Shown here piece by piece: positions 61,484-64,000 of a stretch of 64,000 bases of DNA. The notes beneath the pieces are model-generated. The model had not been told where the DNA came from. It saw only the letters and a program-made list of their open reading frames with translations, and ran no database searches. The position numbers and the translations under genes are program-made. Source of the DNA: an uncultured Gammaproteobacteria bacterium. GTDB taxonomy: Bacteria > Pseudomonadota > Gammaproteobacteria > Steroidobacterales > Steroidobacteraceae. Location of the stretch: NCBI GenBank assembly GCA_963736205.1, contig CAVTNX010000026.1:2956-66955 (forward strand), given 5' to 3'. Each line of letters begins with the position of its first letter. The first letter of the stretch is position 1.

Positions 61484-62650
61484 TCAGACGAGCCTCGCCC
61501 GCAACACGCCTTCGATCCCGCGCAGACGCTCGAGCAACTCCGCGGGGATCGGCGAATCCGTGTCGATCAGCGTGTAGGCCAGGTCGCCACGCGACTTGTT
61601 CAAAAGGTCGGCGATATTGAGCCTGGCCTCCGCGAGACAGGTCGAGATCTGCCCGACCATGTTCGGCACGTTCCGGTTGGCGACCGCGATGCGGTTGTCG
61701 CCGACCCTGGGCAGCACGACCTCCGGGAAATTCACCGAATTGCGGACGTTTCCGTTCTCGAGGTAGTCGCGAAGGGTCTCGGCCGCCATGATCGCGCAGT
61801 TTTCCTCGGCTTCCCCGGTGGATGCGCCGAGGTGGGGAAGTGCGATCACGCGGGGGTGGTCCTTGATCGCCCGTGTCGGGAAGTCGCAGATGTAGGTTGC
61901 CACCTGTCCCTGCTCGAGTCCGGCCAGCATCGCCGTCTCGTCCACGATCTGCGCGCGCGAAAAATTGAGTACTGCGCTGCCGCGACGCATGAGCTGGATG
62001 CGCATCTCGTTCACCAGGCCCCGCGTCGAATCGTTCAGCGGCACGTGCACGCTGATCATGTCGCTGCGCGCAAACAGGTCGTCGAGGCTGAGCGCCTGCT
62101 CGACTCCGGAAGACAACTGCCATGCGCGCTGCACGGTGATCTGCGGGTCGTATCCGCGCACTTTCATTCCAAGGGCGAGCGCCGCATTCGCAACCTCGAC
62201 GCCGATTGCACCCAGGCCGACGACACCTAGCGACCTGGTCGGAAGCTCGTGGCCCACGAACTTCTTCTTGCCCTGCTCGATCGCCGCCTCGATCGCGTCG
62301 TCGTCGCCCTTGAGTGAGCGCACGAATTCCCATCCCTGGCAGATGTTCCGCGCCGCAAGAAAAAGCCCGGCCAGCACCAGCTCCTTGACCGCATTGGCAT
62401 TCGCGCCCGGTGCGTTGAATACCGGAATGCCGCTGTCGCTCAACCTGGCGACCGGAACGTTGTTGGTGCCGGCTCCTGCCCGGGCGATCGCGATCACGCT
62501 GGCCGGGATGTCCATCGAGTGCATGTCCGCCGATCGAAGCAGGATCGCATCGGGGTGGCCTATCTCCGAAGCAATCTCGTAGCGCTCGCGCGGCAGGCGC
62601 TCGAGGCCGCGGACCGAGATGTTGTTCAGCGTAAGGATCTTGAATGACAT
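61484..62650 (-). CDS. serA: D-3-phosphoglycerate dehydrogenase-type 2-hydroxyacid dehydrogenase with a C-terminal ACT-like domain
   Basis: 388 aa. GVVGLGAIG NAD-binding fold, HLGASTGEAE. Lies between serC and pheA. Confidence 0.8.
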   Translation of the reverse strand: MSFKILTLNNISVRGLERLPRERYEIASEIGHPDAILLRSADMHSMDIPASVIAIARAGAGTNNVPVARLSDSGIPVFNAPGANANAVKELVLAGLFLAARNICQGWEFVRSLKGDDDAIEAAIEQGKKKFVGHELPTRSLGVVGLGAIGVEVANAALALGMKVRGYDPQITVQRAWQLSSGVEQALSLDDLFARSDMISVHVPLNDSTRGLVNEMRIQLMRRGSAVLNFSRAQIVDETAMLAGLEQGQVATYICDFPTRAIKDHPRVIALPHLGASTGEAEENCAIMAAETLRDYLENGNVRNSVNFPEVVLPRVGDNRIAVANRNVPNMVGQISTCLAEARLNIADLLNKSRGDLAYTLIDTDSPIPAELLERLRGIEGVLRARLV

Positions 62651-62676
62651 GAAGGGGCCTCAGCCATGAATGATGT

Positions 62677-63768
62677 TCAGCCGTGCTTCTGCTGGAAGTC
62701 CCGCATGTACCCGACGAGTGCCTCGACGCCCGCCATCGGCATGGCGTTGTAGATGCTGGCCCGCATTCCGCCGACCGATCGGTGTCCTGCCAGGGCCACG
62801 AGGCCCTCCGCCCGGGCGCCCTCGAGGAAGGGCTTGTCGAGGTCGGCGGACGGCAGCACGAACGGGACGTTCATCCATGACCGGCAATCCGGCCGCACGG
62901 GATTGCGGTAAAAGCCCGATTCGTCGATCGCCCCGTAGAGGCGTTTGGCCTTTGCGCTGTTCAGGTGCGCCATTGCCTCGAGGCCGCCCTGGCGCTTGAT
63001 CCACTGGAATACCGCTCCAGCGACGTACCATGAGTACGACGCCGGTGTGTTGAGCATCGAGCCGTCGGCGGCCATGGCTGTCCAGTCGAATACGGTCGGA
63101 GTGTCGGGCCGCGCACGGCCGAGCAGGTCGTCGCGCACGATCACTACTGCCAGGCCGGCCGGGCCGATGTTCTTCTGCGCACCCGCATAGATCACGCCGA
63201 AGCGACTCACGTCGATCGGCCGCGACAGGATGGTCGAGGACATGTCCGCAACGAGCGGCACGTCGCCCACGTCGGGCACGGAGAGGAATTCCACGCCGCC
63301 GATGGTCTCGTTCGGCGTGTAGTGCACGTAGGTCGCGCCCGGCGTCAGCCGCCAGCCCGCGCGATCCGGGATGCTCGAGTAATTGTCCGCAGACGCGTCG
63401 GCGGCGACGTTGACCTTGCAGTAGCGCTTCGCCTCGCCGATGGCTTTCTTCGACCAGGCGCCGGTGTTGATGTAGTCGACGACCGAATCGGGCCGCGTCA
63501 GGTTGAAAGGTATGGCGGCGAACTGCGCAGTCGCCCCGCCCTGCAGGAACAGGACCTTGTAGTTCGACGGGATTGACAGCAGTTCACGCAGGTCGGCCTC
63601 GGCCTGCTGGGCGATACTGCCGAAGGGCTTGCCACGATGGCTCATTTCCATCACCGACATGCCCTCGCCATGCCAGTCGAGCATCTCGTCGCGCAACTGC
63701 TCGAGGACTTCCTCCGGCAACGCGGCCGGCCCGGGGCTGAAATTGAAGACGCGACTCATGGGGTGCAA
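62677..63768 (-). CDS. serC: Phosphoserine aminotransferase
   Basis: (MHP)MSRVFNFSPGPAALPEEVL..GGATAQF..AGAQKNIGPAG (PLP lysine). The start is at 63768 or 63759. Confidence 0.95.
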   Translation of the reverse strand: MHPMSRVFNFSPGPAALPEEVLEQLRDEMLDWHGEGMSVMEMSHRGKPFGSIAQQAEADLRELLSIPSNYKVLFLQGGATAQFAAIPFNLTRPDSVVDYINTGAWSKKAIGEAKRYCKVNVAADASADNYSSIPDRAGWRLTPGATYVHYTPNETIGGVEFLSVPDVGDVPLVADMSSTILSRPIDVSRFGVIYAGAQKNIGPAGLAVVIVRDDLLGRARPDTPTVFDWTAMAADGSMLNTPASYSWYVAGAVFQWIKRQGGLEAMAHLNSAKAKRLYGAIDESGFYRNPVRPDCRSWMNVPFVLPSADLDKPFLEGARAEGLVALAGHRSVGGMRASIYNAMPMAGVEALVGYMRDFQQKHG

Positions 63769-63842
63769 TTCTCCGCAACGATGTTGCAGCGCAGTGTAGC
63801 AGCGACGTTGGCCGGGCTGTCACCCTGAGCCGGGCGGTGCGC

Positions 63843-64000
63843 TCAGTTCAGCGTCGGCGGCCCGGTTCGTCCGCTGTCGGCGTCCGCAGCGCTGCTTTCC
63901 GGCGGCCCACCCGCTTCACCGGTTTCGTCGCCGTCCGCGGCGGCGTCGGCTTCGTCGGCTTCGTCGCCATTCTCCGCTTCCACAGGCTCGACGCCGATCA
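63843..64000 (-). CDS. gyrA: 3' end of a CDS with an acidic C-terminal tail, probably DNA gyrase subunit A
   Basis: The minus-strand frame reads ..IGVEPVEAENGDEADEADAAADGDETGEAGGPPESSAADADSGRTGPPTLN*. The assignment rests on the conserved gyrA-serC-pheA gene order and the acidic tail, not on a catalytic domain. Confidence 0.4.
   Translation of the reverse strand, partial: IGVEPVEAENGDEADEADAAADGDETGEAGGPPESSAADADSGRTGPPTLN

Noticed and set aside
58319-62333. Very long overlapping ORFs (615, 633 and 672 aa) for cmk, aroA and pheA in the track
   Set aside because: The N-terminal extensions are Arg/Gly/Pro-rich and run into the upstream gene. Homology-consistent ATG starts at 59002, 60312 and 61481 give normal-length proteins with 2-9 nt intergenic gaps.
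63920-63970. Short tandem repeat GGCTTCGTC x2 near the window end
   Set aside because: It encodes the DEADEAD acidic tail of the putative gyrA C-terminus. This is ordinary low-complexity coding sequence.

Overview
High-GC gammaproteobacterial chromosomal core region. The gene fusions and gene order resemble Xanthomonadales/Nevskiales-type genomes, which is inference only. The content is almost entirely housekeeping. In window order it holds: a decayed AI-2E transporter; msrPQ; a KAS-III/HMG-CoA-lyase/EamA trio; two convergent paralogous TPR proteins next to tonB-exbB-exbD-exbD; ilvD and an M17 peptidase; ilvC-leuACDB behind a Leu-rich leader peptide and attenuator; metX-metB behind a SAM-I riboswitch; a yerC-like gene plus hisGDCBHAF(IE); an MFS gene; asd and a fused aspartokinase/DAP-decarboxylase; a small cluster of poorly characterised genes (DUF62, histidine phosphatase, TerB-like); tRNA-Val-thrS-infC-rpmI-rplT-pheST-ihfA-merR-tRNA-Pro; uvrB; aspC-like; tRNA-Asn; an OM beta-barrel; galU-gabT-terC; and comEA, lapBA, ihfB, rpsA, cmk, aroA, pheA, serA, serC and the gyrA 3' end. 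I found no transposase, integrase, CRISPR array or recognisable defence/toxin system, so I cannot point to a clear novel multi-gene system. The features most worth a second look are these. (1) An array of eight GGGGACWGTCCCC palindromes fills the whole rplT-pheS spacer, and a one-base-variant family lies between uvrB and tRNA-Val. (2) Reading-frame lesions cluster non-randomly: hisD, hisA and hisIE are frameshifted, hisF has no canonical start, and the AI-2E gene has four frame changes, while every other gene I inspected is intact. (3) The hisA frameshift leaves one continuous open frame into hisF. (4) A terminator-bounded candidate sRNA lies downstream of leuB. (5) Cis-regulatory RNAs are readable by eye: a SAM-I riboswitch, a Leu leader/attenuator, and an infC AUC start. 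Many long ORFs in the six-frame track are antisense shadow ORFs typical of high-GC DNA and were rejected.
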